A stretch of DNA of 64,000 bases, taken from positions 22,895 through 86,894 of the forward strand of contig JAPDJV010000003.1 of assembly GCA_029258925.1 (NCBI GenBank). Reading direction: 5' to 3'. The notes beneath the pieces were generated by a model. The model had not been told where the DNA came from and did no database searches. It saw only the letters and a list, made by a program, of their open reading frames with translations. Shown here piece after piece: positions 20,269-29,678 of this stretch (positions within the stretch are counted from its first letter, which is position 1; every line of letters begins with the position of its first letter). The stretch is from Thermoproteota archaeon. GTDB taxonomy: Archaea > Thermoproteota > Thermoprotei_A > EX4484-217-1 > JAPDJV01. The position numbers and the translations under genes were made by a program.

Positions 20269-20347
20269 TGCTTCTCTTAAATCATAAATACTTTAATTGA
20301 GAGAAAACTAGTTTATTCCTCCAGTTAAAGAATTTTGTAAATCGATA

Positions 20348-22009
20348 TTAGAGACCGTAATGTATACGTGCTTCTTCAAGACTTATTCTCCCTTCTTCAA
20401 CGTCTCTTAGAACAAGTTCCCTACTCCTATTCTCCGGACGACCATAACCTCCCCCACCTGGAGTGCGTATGTAGACCACGTCTCCAGGCTCTAACTCCAC
20501 TACGTCGTTCCCCTTCAACGATATTCTCCTACCATCTTTCTTCAAAACATAGTGTTCTCCTGGCTTCCCAGGACCTCCACCCATTAATCCCCAAGGCTTC
20601 GTCTTAATTCTGCTTGCTACTAGACTGAAGATAGCTCTCCCCCTCCTAATAGTGAAAACCCTTCTAATACCCAAGCCGCCTCTATATTCTCCATGGCCGC
20701 ACGAGTTTTCCCTCAGAGAATATTCTAGAAACAGTATGGGATATTCTCTTTCAGCTATTTCTATTGGAGTATTCAGAGTGTTCGTCATGTTAACGTGTAC
20801 TCCGTCAACCCCTTCTCTCCCCGGCCTCCCACCCATGCCTCCACCAATAGTCTCGTAGAAAGCCCATTTCTTCCCATCAAATACCCCTCCTATCATCACG
20901 TTGTTCATGCTTCCGTGGGGGGCTGCTGGAACTCTTCCCGGCAGGCACTTAGAGAATGCAAGATGTATTACGTCCACTATTCTCTGAGAGGTTTCAAGGT
21001 TTCCTGCTGCAACAGGTGCTGGCTTAATGGGGTTCACTATTGAGCCTAGAGATGCTTCTACTCTAAGCCTCCTCAAAATCCCATGGTTCATCGGTAGATC
21101 CGGGTCTAAGATGGATTTCACTGCATAACATGAGGCAGAATACGTTACCCCGTAGACTGCATTTATTGGTGCATCAACCTGCTTCGACGAGCCTTTGAAA
21201 TCTATTATTATCATGTTGCTTGAAATATTGAGAGTACACTTTAATTTAAGCAGTTCCTCCCCGTATTCGAGGAAGTCAACCGCGCTATACGTTCCACCAC
21301 GCACTTTCCTTAATTTTTCTAGGAGATACCTCTCTCCGTAATCTAACACCATACTCCATGCTTCAATAACCGTGGAGTAACCATACTTATTGAAGATCTC
21401 CTCCATCCTCCTCTCTCCAACATTAAGCGAGGCAAGCTGTGCTTTTATGTCCCCCTTAGTATATTCCGGAACCCTGACGTTTCCAAGTAGTTCCTCTAGT
21501 ACCCGCCTGTTCAACTCTCCTTTCTCAACTATTTTAACGGGCTCTATGACAACGCCTTCCTCGTACAAGCTCTTAGCCATGGGATTTATGCTTCCAGGAG
21601 TCTTCCCACCCACATCAACGTGATGGGCTTTATTCACTATGAATCCAGCGAGCTCTCCTTTAAAGTAGAATGGTTTTATCAGGGTTATGTCGTTTAAGTG
21701 AGTTCCAGCAATATATGGATCATTCACTATTACTACGTCTCCCTCACTCAACGAAACACCTTTCTCATCAAGATACTTAAGAGTATTCTCTACACAGACC
21801 GTCATACTGCCTAAGTGTACTGGAATATGTTCTGCCTGAGCAACTAGTTCCCCTCTACTAGAAAATATTGCACAACTCATGTCCAGTCTATCCTTTATGT
21901 TGGGCGAGTAGGCTGTTCTCCTTAAAACAATCCCCATTTCCTCAGCTATGAAAATACAAGCGTTTCTAATAACTTCAACAGTCACTTTATCAACGGACAT
22001 TGCTTCCAC
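20348..22009 (-). CDS. hyuB: Hydantoinase B / 5-oxoprolinase subunit
   Basis: RTAYSPNIKDRLD.SCA, HIPVH, NDPY.AGTHLND, HH.DVGG, ETIGGG.G, HVNMTNT.NTP.E, TPGGGGYG. Confidence 0.92.
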   Translation of the reverse strand: MEAMSVDKVTVEVIRNACIFIAEEMGIVLRRTAYSPNIKDRLDMSCAIFSSRGELVAQAEHIPVHLGSMTVCVENTLKYLDEKGVSLSEGDVVIVNDPYIAGTHLNDITLIKPFYFKGELAGFIVNKAHHVDVGGKTPGSINPMAKSLYEEGVVIEPVKIVEKGELNRRVLEELLGNVRVPEYTKGDIKAQLASLNVGERRMEEIFNKYGYSTVIEAWSMVLDYGERYLLEKLRKVRGGTYSAVDFLEYGEELLKLKCTLNISSNMIIIDFKGSSKQVDAPINAVYGVTYSASCYAVKSILDPDLPMNHGILRRLRVEASLGSIVNPIKPAPVAAGNLETSQRIVDVIHLAFSKCLPGRVPAAPHGSMNNVMIGGVFDGKKWAFYETIGGGMGGRPGREGVDGVHVNMTNTLNTPIEIAEREYPILFLEYSLRENSCGHGEYRGGLGIRRVFTIRRGRAIFSLVASRIKTKPWGLMGGGPGKPGEHYVLKKDGRRISLKGNDVVELEPGDVVYIRTPGGGGYGRPENRSRELVLRDVEEGRISLEEARIHYGL

Positions 22010-24067
22010 CTATCTGCAGGTGATCCGAATACTCTCGTACTCGTCCACCACGGCCGTAAAGCCCTCGGGGACATATATTGTTGAATCGTAAGATTCTATT
22101 ATTGAGGGGCCCTTCAATAATGCTCCCGGCTTCAACATGCTTCTAGAGTAAACTGATGAGTCAATCCAGTTGTAGCCGTCAAATATTCTCCTAAAACCTG
22201 TTGCAACAGGTCTATGCTCCTCAACCCTTCTCCTAGGCATAACAGGCTTATCTGTAATCCCGATTACCGTGACCTTCACGGTGTCGACTATAACCTCTTC
22301 CTCCTCAGAGCGGAAGCCATACGTCTCCAAGTGTTTTCTGTGGAAGACGTCGAGAAGGGCATTGTAGTTTTCTACGTATGGAATTGTTAAACTGCTCCTC
22401 TCACCTCTATACCTCAAGTCAAGCATCCCCACAACCTTAATATTTGATTCAGACGCGCCCTCCTCCAAAACCGCTTTAGTACCTCGCATTGAAAGTTTCT
22501 CCAATAGTTCCGCGACCTCGAGCAAGCTCTCCTCGCGTAGTGGCTTCAGGTAGGGTGCAGACAGGTCAACTCTATAGTCTGCAACTAGGAGGCCGAATGC
22601 AGAGAATGCGCCCGGATTTTTGGGAACAATTATTTCTCTAACACCCAGCTCAACTGCTATCTCAGCTGCATGTAGCGGGCCTGCACCTCCGAAAGCGTAG
22701 AGCGTTGCCTTCCTAGGGTCGATCCCCCTTTCAATACTCACAATTCTAAGAGCTTTCGACATTAAAGTATTGGCTATCTTTATTATTCCGTATGCTGCTT
22801 CCTCTATGCTTAGAGAGAGCTTAGATGCGATTTTGCCAATAGCTTTCCTCGCTAAACTTTCATCCGCAACTATTTCTCCTCCCGCGAGAATCCTTGAAAG
22901 CCTTCCTAGAACAAGGTTTGCATCCGTTATAGTCGGTTCAACACCTCCCCTGCCATAACAAGCCGGTCCAGGACTTGACCCGGCGCTCATGGGGCCAACT
23001 CTCAGAGTGCCGCCTTCATCGATCCAAGCTATGCTCCCCCCGCCAGCACTTACTTCAGCCAGGTCTATGAAAGGATACCTTACAGGATACCCTGAACCCT
23101 TCACAATCCTACCACTATGAACCTTCCCACCGACCTCGTAGTCTAATGTTATGAGCGGGTCTCCCTCCACTATCATAGATGCTTTAGCAGTTGTTCCACC
23201 CATGTCGAAGCCCATTGATAGCTCGTGGCCGTACATATTAGAGTAGTATGCAACAGCTATCGCCCCGGCAGCTGGCCCCGACTCTATGAATGCTACGGGG
23301 GTTTCAACAGCTCTACTAATATTAGTTAGACCACCGCTACTCTGCATAACAAGTATTTTAGAGTTGAAACCCTTCTCTCCGAGCTCCCCTAAAAGCTTCT
23401 CCAAGTAATTTGAGAGAAGAGGCTTCAAGTACGCGTTAACCACTGTTGTACTTGTTCTCTCATACTCTCCTGGATGCGGGTCTACTTCGGAAGATAAGAT
23501 TATTTCCGCTGATACACCTTCCTCGACGAGTATTCTCCTAGCCTCTCTCTCGTGCACCGGGTTTACGTAGCTGTGTAAGAAGACTATTGCAACTACATCC
23601 ACTAACCCCTTTATTTTCCTAGCAATCCTCCTTAAACCCTCGACGTCCAAAGGCTTAATTATTTCTCCTTCAGTTGAAATCCTCTCCTCAACTTCAAACC
23701 TCATGTTCCTAGGTACAAGGGGCTTGGGCTTCTCGAAGAACAAGTTGTAGAGGCTTGGCCTGTTCTGTCTTCCAATCTCAAAAACGTCTCTAAAACCCTT
23801 CGTAGTTATTAGGGCTATTCTAGGCTTAACTAGGCCTACCTGGCCTAGGAGAAGGTTTGAGCCGAGGGTTGTTGCATGAACTATGTGCTCGACACTTCTA
23901 AGCTCTATTCCCCCTAATTCAATGCATGCAATAATACTCCTCCACGGCTCGTCAACATCTGTTAGAATCTTAACTATTCTCAAATCCCCGTTCTCGCAGT
24001 TGAGTACCGTTACGTCGGTGAATGTCCCACCCACATCTACTCCTATACGGCACCTAGCCAAGCCCAT
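22010..24067 (-). CDS. hyuA: Hydantoinase A / 5-oxoprolinase ATP-binding subunit
   Basis: GVDVGGTFTD, HATT, EYER.STTVVNAY, ESGPAAG, DMGGTT, FGGAGPLHA. Confidence 0.93.
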   Translation of the reverse strand: MGLARCRIGVDVGGTFTDVTVLNCENGDLRIVKILTDVDEPWRSIIACIELGGIELRSVEHIVHATTLGSNLLLGQVGLVKPRIALITTKGFRDVFEIGRQNRPSLYNLFFEKPKPLVPRNMRFEVEERISTEGEIIKPLDVEGLRRIARKIKGLVDVVAIVFLHSYVNPVHEREARRILVEEGVSAEIILSSEVDPHPGEYERTSTTVVNAYLKPLLSNYLEKLLGELGEKGFNSKILVMQSSGGLTNISRAVETPVAFIESGPAAGAIAVAYYSNMYGHELSMGFDMGGTTAKASMIVEGDPLITLDYEVGGKVHSGRIVKGSGYPVRYPFIDLAEVSAGGGSIAWIDEGGTLRVGPMSAGSSPGPACYGRGGVEPTITDANLVLGRLSRILAGGEIVADESLARKAIGKIASKLSLSIEEAAYGIIKIANTLMSKALRIVSIERGIDPRKATLYAFGGAGPLHAAEIAVELGVREIIVPKNPGAFSAFGLLVADYRVDLSAPYLKPLREESLLEVAELLEKLSMRGTKAVLEEGASESNIKVVGMLDLRYRGERSSLTIPYVENYNALLDVFHRKHLETYGFRSEEEEVIVDTVKVTVIGITDKPVMPRRRVEEHRPVATGFRRIFDGYNWIDSSVYSRSMLKPGALLKGPSIIESYDSTIYVPEGFTAVVDEYESIRITCR

Positions 24068-24143
24068 CTTACTCCATAATCTCTTAAAACTTGCTTAACC
24101 TAATGGGCTGGAGAGATTTAAGGATTCCCCGGTGAACGAGGAT

Positions 24144-24317
24144 TTAAAACAATTTGTGTTGAAGAGATGCGACAGAAGACGGGAACTCGTGGCCACATCT
24201 AGGACACCTAATGTACCCGCAGTTCCCGAATGTAGCGTAGGGACAGCCCCCACACGAAGTGACCCTAGCATACGAGACGTCAAACACCATGCCACATTTA
24301 GGGCACTTCACTTCCAC
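24144..24317 (-). CDS. 57-aa Cys-rich putative metal-binding protein (missed by ORF track)
   Basis: GGTGA RBS, GTG start; MEVKCPKCGMVFDVSYARVTSCGGCPYATFGNCGYIRCPRCGHEFPSSVASLQHKLF*. Confidence 0.82.
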   Translation of the reverse strand: MEVKCPKCGMVFDVSYARVTSCGGCPYATFGNCGYIRCPRCGHEFPSSVASLQHKLF

Positions 24318-24409
24318 TACTTTTTCACCGTTAAGGAGTATCGGGGAAACTAATATATTAATGATGCTATAGTTACTCCCTGATATAGCTCAAATCATCG
24401 TCAGATTAC

Positions 24410-25420
24410 TTGAGGCGGGCAGTGATCGACTTGAGTAGAATATGTTCTAGCACCGTGGGAAGCTTCCCCTTAACTTATAGTGAGAGAAACGTGCTCAGAG
24501 TCCTAGAGGATTTGGAGGAAGTTGGAATAGACTACCCGGCTACACCCCAGCTCAGAGGATTCATAGAGATATTCCTAGATCCGCTAGTCGATGAAGGTTT
24601 CCTCGCTAGAGGCTCGAGTGGAGAATACTACGTGGTTAAGCAGGAATTCGAATCCCTTGAACCCCCAATAGACTGGTTCAGAGAATATGTTATTGCACCC
24701 CGTTTTAAGGAGGGATTTGAGGGTTTAAGGCTCAGCATTACAGGTCCTCTAACTCTAGCAAGCCGCATAGCACCGGGGAGCGGCTCAGAACACGGTATTT
24801 TGAACAGCATGCTCTCAAATAAGAAGTTTACCTTAGAGTTCATGGGATCCTACGTTAGCAGAGTTGTCGAAAAAATATCTTCACTTGGATACAGTGTCAC
24901 AGTCGTAGATGAGCCTGTGCTGAGCATTATTGTTGGACGTAGAAGGATATTGTTCAACTACAGTGTCGAAGAACTAACGATGCTCATCGACATGGTTCTA
25001 GGTAAGTCTACTTCGAGAATTAGAGGAATCCACGTTTGCGGTAGAATACCGCCACTACTGACAAAGATACTGCTCTCAACATCAGAAGCATCGCTACTAG
25101 ACCATGAATACTGCGATACTCCAGAAAACTACGAGGCCTACAGTCTAGAAGAGTTGGAATCCTACAACAAATATGTTTCAGTCGGAGTAGTGTCTTCCAG
25201 AAGGCCCGAGGTGGAGAGTGTTAAGGAAGTTTACGACAATATTGTTAGAGCATGGGAGAAATATGGCAGCAGACTGTTCTTCGTCAAACCGGACTGCGGC
25301 TTCATGGCACTTAGAGGATTCTACGGAGACGAGGAGAGGGAATACATGGTTTCCATTAGAAAACTAAAGGTTATTGTTGAAGCATTAAAATTGTTCGAGC
25401 AAGACTTCTTGGAGAGGTAG
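24410..25420 (+). CDS. metE: Core (C-terminal-domain-only) cobalamin-independent methionine synthase family protein
   Basis: 336 aa; VGSFP, ITGPLTL, VDEP; Zn ligands IHVCG (H,C), DHEY (E), PDCGF (C); lacks the N-terminal half of full-length MetE. Confidence 0.8.
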   Translation: MRRAVIDLSRICSSTVGSFPLTYSERNVLRVLEDLEEVGIDYPATPQLRGFIEIFLDPLVDEGFLARGSSGEYYVVKQEFESLEPPIDWFREYVIAPRFKEGFEGLRLSITGPLTLASRIAPGSGSEHGILNSMLSNKKFTLEFMGSYVSRVVEKISSLGYSVTVVDEPVLSIIVGRRRILFNYSVEELTMLIDMVLGKSTSRIRGIHVCGRIPPLLTKILLSTSEASLLDHEYCDTPENYEAYSLEELESYNKYVSVGVVSSRRPEVESVKEVYDNIVRAWEKYGSRLFFVKPDCGFMALRGFYGDEEREYMVSIRKLKVIVEALKLFEQDFLER

Positions 25421-25424
25421 ATAG

Positions 25425-27176
25425 TTGCCTAAACTGAAGATACTGCCTATGAATATCGAGGTTGATGTGGAGGAGAACACTGTTCTAGCAGATGCAATCA
25501 AAGCTGTCATCCCAGAATTCCCTACTCCCTGCGGAGGCCTAGGTTTCTGTGGTAGGTGCAGGGTTAGGGTCATCGTAGACGGATTATCCGAACCCTCCGG
25601 GAACGAGAGAGTGCTCTTAGGTGGAAGCAGGTTTAGACTATCTTGTCAAGCCAAGGTGATCGGGGATACAGTCGTAGAGATTCTGAAACCGCATGAAGAA
25701 CATAAGATTACTGTTTCAGGAATAGAGCCCACAATAGAGTTCCGCGACCCTATAATTAGAGCTATTGAAGTGAGGTTGAATGGGGTATTCGAGGCACCAC
25801 TGTCTAAAGTATTGCTTGAAGAAGCTGGTGGAACGATTCATGTAGACGGTGCAGTATTGAAGCTGGCTAATGTCAAGAGTAAAAATGTTAGAGTGTTGGT
25901 GGATTGGAGTGGAAGGATCATTGGGTTAAGGGAGAATCGTTCGAGAAATCTCGGCCTAGCCGTGGATTTGGGTACAACTAAGATAGCAGGATACCTTGTG
26001 GACTTGGAGACGGGAGAGAGCCTGGGCGAAAGCTACGTTATAAACCCCCAGATAGACTTTGGCGACGACGTTGTGACGAGAATTATGAGAGCATTGGAGC
26101 CGAAGGGCTTAATAGAGCTTAGAGAGAGGGCAATAGCTGGTATAGAGAGTGTTGCGTTGAAGACGTGTAGTCGTGAAGGCTTGAATCCAAAAGACATCGT
26201 TGCCTCGGTTATTGTAGGAAACAACGTCATGACCAACATTCTCCTAGGTTTACCGGTGGAAACGCTTGCAAAACACCCTTATCAACCTATTCTAGCAAGC
26301 CCCGTCCTATTGAGAGGAAAGACCGTTGGGTTCAATCTCCTTGAAAACACTTTAATCTACATGCCTCCCGGAGTAGCTGGATTTGTGGGTTCAGATGCTG
26401 TAGCCGACATTGTTTTGGTGTGGAAGCTCGGGTTAAATGGGAAAATACTAATACTTGACGTCGGCACGAACACTGAGATAGTTCTAATAGAGGATTGGAG
26501 GAGAATTCTCGTAACTTCTGCCCCAGCTGGTCCAGCAGTAGAGGGAGCACACATTTCTATAGGAGCCAGGGTTGTTGATAGAGCGTTCAGGAAAGCCAGG
26601 GTCTCCAGTAGGGGTGAGATAATCTTAGAGCCGAGCATAGAGAACCCCGTTGGACTCACTGGATCCGCGTTGATAAGCCTCCTAGCATGTCTCCTCGAGA
26701 AAAACTATATAGATGAGGGGGGGAGGATTGTCGAAGGCTTCGATGTTGACTCTACGGGCCTGAAAAGAATTACTGTATACCGGTCGCGTGATGGAGAAAC
26801 TCTCAGTTTAACACAGCTTGACGTAAGAGAACTCCAGAAAGCTAAGGCTGCTATAGCAGCGGGATGGAGGACAATATTGGAAAAGGCAGGAACCAATGCA
26901 TTAGACTACGTGGTGGTTGCAGGGAGCTTCGGATCCTCGATAAACGTTGAACACGCCATTAGAATAGGTCTCCTACCAGACGTTGGGAGAGACAAGGTAA
27001 TTGTGGTGGGGAACGCTGCTGGAATTGGAGCTAAAGCAATAATGCTGAATGGCGAGTGCAGAAGGGTGGGGGAGGAGGTTTCTAGGAAAGCATTCTACCT
27101 GAATCTAGCTGAATTGGGAGAGTGGGAGAAAACGTGGGTGCAAAGCTTATTTTTAAGACCTATTAAAATCAGCTAG
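25425..27176 (+). CDS. ATP-dependent reductive activator of corrinoid proteins, RACo type (N-terminal 2Fe-2S + ASKHA/DUF4445)
   Basis: CGGLGFCGRC...LSCQ ferredoxin; DLGTTK, DVGTNTEI, APAGPAVEG, TQLDVRELQKAKAAI, AGSFG, GNAA. Confidence 0.92.
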   Translation: MPKLKILPMNIEVDVEENTVLADAIKAVIPEFPTPCGGLGFCGRCRVRVIVDGLSEPSGNERVLLGGSRFRLSCQAKVIGDTVVEILKPHEEHKITVSGIEPTIEFRDPIIRAIEVRLNGVFEAPLSKVLLEEAGGTIHVDGAVLKLANVKSKNVRVLVDWSGRIIGLRENRSRNLGLAVDLGTTKIAGYLVDLETGESLGESYVINPQIDFGDDVVTRIMRALEPKGLIELRERAIAGIESVALKTCSREGLNPKDIVASVIVGNNVMTNILLGLPVETLAKHPYQPILASPVLLRGKTVGFNLLENTLIYMPPGVAGFVGSDAVADIVLVWKLGLNGKILILDVGTNTEIVLIEDWRRILVTSAPAGPAVEGAHISIGARVVDRAFRKARVSSRGEIILEPSIENPVGLTGSALISLLACLLEKNYIDEGGRIVEGFDVDSTGLKRITVYRSRDGETLSLTQLDVRELQKAKAAIAAGWRTILEKAGTNALDYVVVAGSFGSSINVEHAIRIGLLPDVGRDKVIVVGNAAGIGAKAIMLNGECRRVGEEVSRKAFYLNLAELGEWEKTWVQSLFLRPIKIS

Positions 27177-27189
27177 CGGGATGAGGTAG

Positions 27190-27855
27190 GTGAGTCGGGA
27201 AGAAATTGAGAAATTGCTTAGAGAGTTGAGAAATAGAGTGTTAGAGGGGGATGATGAGGGTGCAGAGAATATTGTCACCAGGCTCGCCGAGCTTAGAGTG
27301 GACCCCAAGAGGATAATTGAAGAAGCGCTCACACCTGCAATGAATAAAGCCGGAGAACTCTATGAAGTGGGAGAATACTTCATACCGGAACTAATGATGG
27401 CCGCGGAAGCATTTAAAGCAGCATTCAATGTCGTAAAACCTCTTCTAAAAACGGATGAAACTGGGGGGAGAGCAACAATTATCATAGGAACCGTTGCCGG
27501 AGACATTCATGAACTCGGGAAAAACCTCGTTGCAACAATGCTTAGAATAGCAGGGTACAATGTAGTAGATCTCGGAGTGAATGTTCCAGCAGAAAAATTC
27601 GTTGAAGAAGCTCTAAAACACGGGGCTAAGATCATAGGTTTAAGCGCTCTCATGTCGACAACCATGGTTGAGCAAAGGAAAGTCATTGAAATTCTAGAGA
27701 AGAAGGGATTAAGGGATAAGTTCAAGGTGATAGTTGGAGGTGCACCTGTAACAGAGGATTGGGCCAGGCAGATAGGTGCAGATGCTTACGGGAGAGACGC
27801 GTTTGAAGCAGTTAGAAAAGTTAGAATGTTGCTGGGTGAAGAGGGGAGTGCCTAG
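27190..27855 (+). CDS. Methyltransferase cognate corrinoid protein (MttC/MtgC-like)
   Basis: Cap domain (GEYFIPELMMAAEA) + GDIHELGKNLV (DxHxxG), GLSALM, VGGAPV, GADAY. Confidence 0.95.
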   Translation: MSREEIEKLLRELRNRVLEGDDEGAENIVTRLAELRVDPKRIIEEALTPAMNKAGELYEVGEYFIPELMMAAEAFKAAFNVVKPLLKTDETGGRATIIIGTVAGDIHELGKNLVATMLRIAGYNVVDLGVNVPAEKFVEEALKHGAKIIGLSALMSTTMVEQRKVIEILEKKGLRDKFKVIVGGAPVTEDWARQIGADAYGRDAFEAVRKVRMLLGEEGSA

Positions 27856-29293
27856 GCCTAAACTGAGAATTATGTCTGAAGAAGAATTCCTGAAAATACA
27901 CAATGCATCGATAAAACTCTTAGAAGACGTGGGCGTCTTCATAGACAATAAGGAGGGGCTCAGATCCCTCGAGGAAGCAGGTGCCTTAGTTGATGGGAGG
28001 AGAGCTAGGATTCCTAGGAGGATTGTTGAGGACGCGTTGGAGAGAGCTCCAAAGACTATAACAATATACGATAGAGACGGAGCAAAATATGCGGAGCTTA
28101 GGCCAGGAGGGGAGACACTGTTTGCTCCCGGAAGCGCTGCAGTGAAAATATTAGACTATAACTCCACTACTCCAAGACCACCAGCACTCAGAGACCTCGT
28201 AAACATAGCTTTAATAGTTGAAAACCTGAGTTCAATAAAATTGCAGAGTACAGCAGTAATACCGGTAGATGTGCCTATCGAGCACAGGGATTCAATAAGG
28301 CTTCTACCAATCCTCGCGTTTTCCAGTAAACCGATTGTCACGGGAGCATTCTCCGATGAAGGATTGATTAACATGCTTAAAGCATTAAGCATTTTGAGAG
28401 AAGACTACGCGGATAAGCCTATGGCAATATTCGACGTCTGCCCCTCCCCGCCATTGAAGTGGAGCTATACCACGTGCCAGAACTTGCTGGATTTGGCTAG
28501 GACAGCTATGCCTGCAGAAATAATTTCAATGCCCCAAATAGGTGCGACGGGTCCTGCAACAATAGCTGGAAGCCTTATCCAACACCATGCAGAGGTTCTA
28601 AGTGGAATAGTCATGGCTGAAACCGTTAACCCCGGTACGCCAGTCATATACGGGGGGAGTCCAAGCCTATTCGATATGAGGTATGGGACAAGTAGGATAG
28701 CGGCACCTGAAGCAATACTTCTGACTGCCGCATACATTGGAATATGTGGTTTCCTAGGATTACCGTGCCACGCCTACCTGTGCCTCTCGGACTCCAAGAC
28801 CTTAGATTACCAGGCTGGGATGGAGACATTAATGGGCGCTCTAATAGCTCTCTTAACAGGAGTCAACGTTGCATCCGGTCCAGGTATGCTTGAATACGAG
28901 AGTGTTCTGAGTATTGAGAAAATATTGTTGGACTCGGAAGTTATTGAAGTCGCTTCTAGAATACTCCGTGGGTTCGAGATTGCCGATGAAACTATTGCAT
29001 TGGATGTTATGAAGAGAGTAGTTACTGGTAAAATGCACTATTTAACTGAAAAACACACTTTAAAATGGTATAGGAGAGAACACTATATTCCAATGCTAGT
29101 GGATACTACAACCGTGGAAGCGAGGGAGCCCGATAGGATTATTGGAAGAGCAAGAGAGAAGGTTTTAGAAGTGTTGAGGTCAGCTAGGTCTAAGGTGCTT
29201 GAGGAGAAGCTGTTCTCAGCTCTCATAAAATACTTCTCTAAATTAACTGGGATAAGAGAGGAGAAGCTGGTCGCAATGTTAGGAGTGAAATGA
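27848..29293 (+). CDS. mttB: Trimethylamine methyltransferase (MttB) superfamily, non-pyrrolysine member
   Basis: Start moved to GTG 27848 overlapping the corrinoid gene stop (MPRPKLRIMSEEE); SPPLKW, GATGPAT.AG, PGTPVIYGG, SDSK..DYQAG.E, GPGMLE; no in-frame amber. Confidence 0.9.
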   Translation: MPRPKLRIMSEEEFLKIHNASIKLLEDVGVFIDNKEGLRSLEEAGALVDGRRARIPRRIVEDALERAPKTITIYDRDGAKYAELRPGGETLFAPGSAAVKILDYNSTTPRPPALRDLVNIALIVENLSSIKLQSTAVIPVDVPIEHRDSIRLLPILAFSSKPIVTGAFSDEGLINMLKALSILREDYADKPMAIFDVCPSPPLKWSYTTCQNLLDLARTAMPAEIISMPQIGATGPATIAGSLIQHHAEVLSGIVMAETVNPGTPVIYGGSPSLFDMRYGTSRIAAPEAILLTAAYIGICGFLGLPCHAYLCLSDSKTLDYQAGMETLMGALIALLTGVNVASGPGMLEYESVLSIEKILLDSEVIEVASRILRGFEIADETIALDVMKRVVTGKMHYLTEKHTLKWYRREHYIPMLVDTTTVEAREPDRIIGRAREKVLEVLRSARSKVLEEKLFSALIKYFSKLTGIREEKLVAMLGVK

Positions 29294-29678
29294 CGATACC
29301 TGTGCTCGAGCACTAGCTACCTTGAATACTATACATAAAGAGGGAACATTGCGGTATCCTCAAGAGAGCGCTGCCGCCAATAACGCCGCGGAGACAGCGC
29401 GGACATCTATGATGGTAGTATATGTATTCCATCACCCCAACATTTTTCCAGCCACTAGTTTGAGTACTGCGGATCTTCCTAGAAGGTTTGACGGAGTATA
29501 CTGCCACGTTAAGCTTAAACCTATTCACAACTTTACATATCTTTATAATTCCCATAACGGCGCCTCCCTAAATCGGGATGTCAATTCATATAGCGAGTCC
29601 CATTTAATTACTCTATTCTTTAGAATAGGCTGTTTCAGATGTTGGAACACTGTGTAAACTATATAATCTAATAACGTC

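Noticed and set aside
24091-24103. TTAGGTTAAG resembling half of a DtxR operator upstream of hyuA
   Set aside because: Half-site only, no palindromic partner
24335-24379. GGAGTA/TACTCC inverted repeat in the divergent promoter
   Set aside because: 6-bp arms are expected by chance and not centred on the palindrome
27776-29293. Possible pyrrolysine (amber read-through) in MttB
   Set aside because: ORF is uninterrupted, the Pyl position is Leu, and no pyl genes are in the window
29313-29657. Overlapping short ORFs and a hydrophobic broken frame downstream of mttB
   Set aside because: No RBS or motifs; cannot support a gene or pseudogene call
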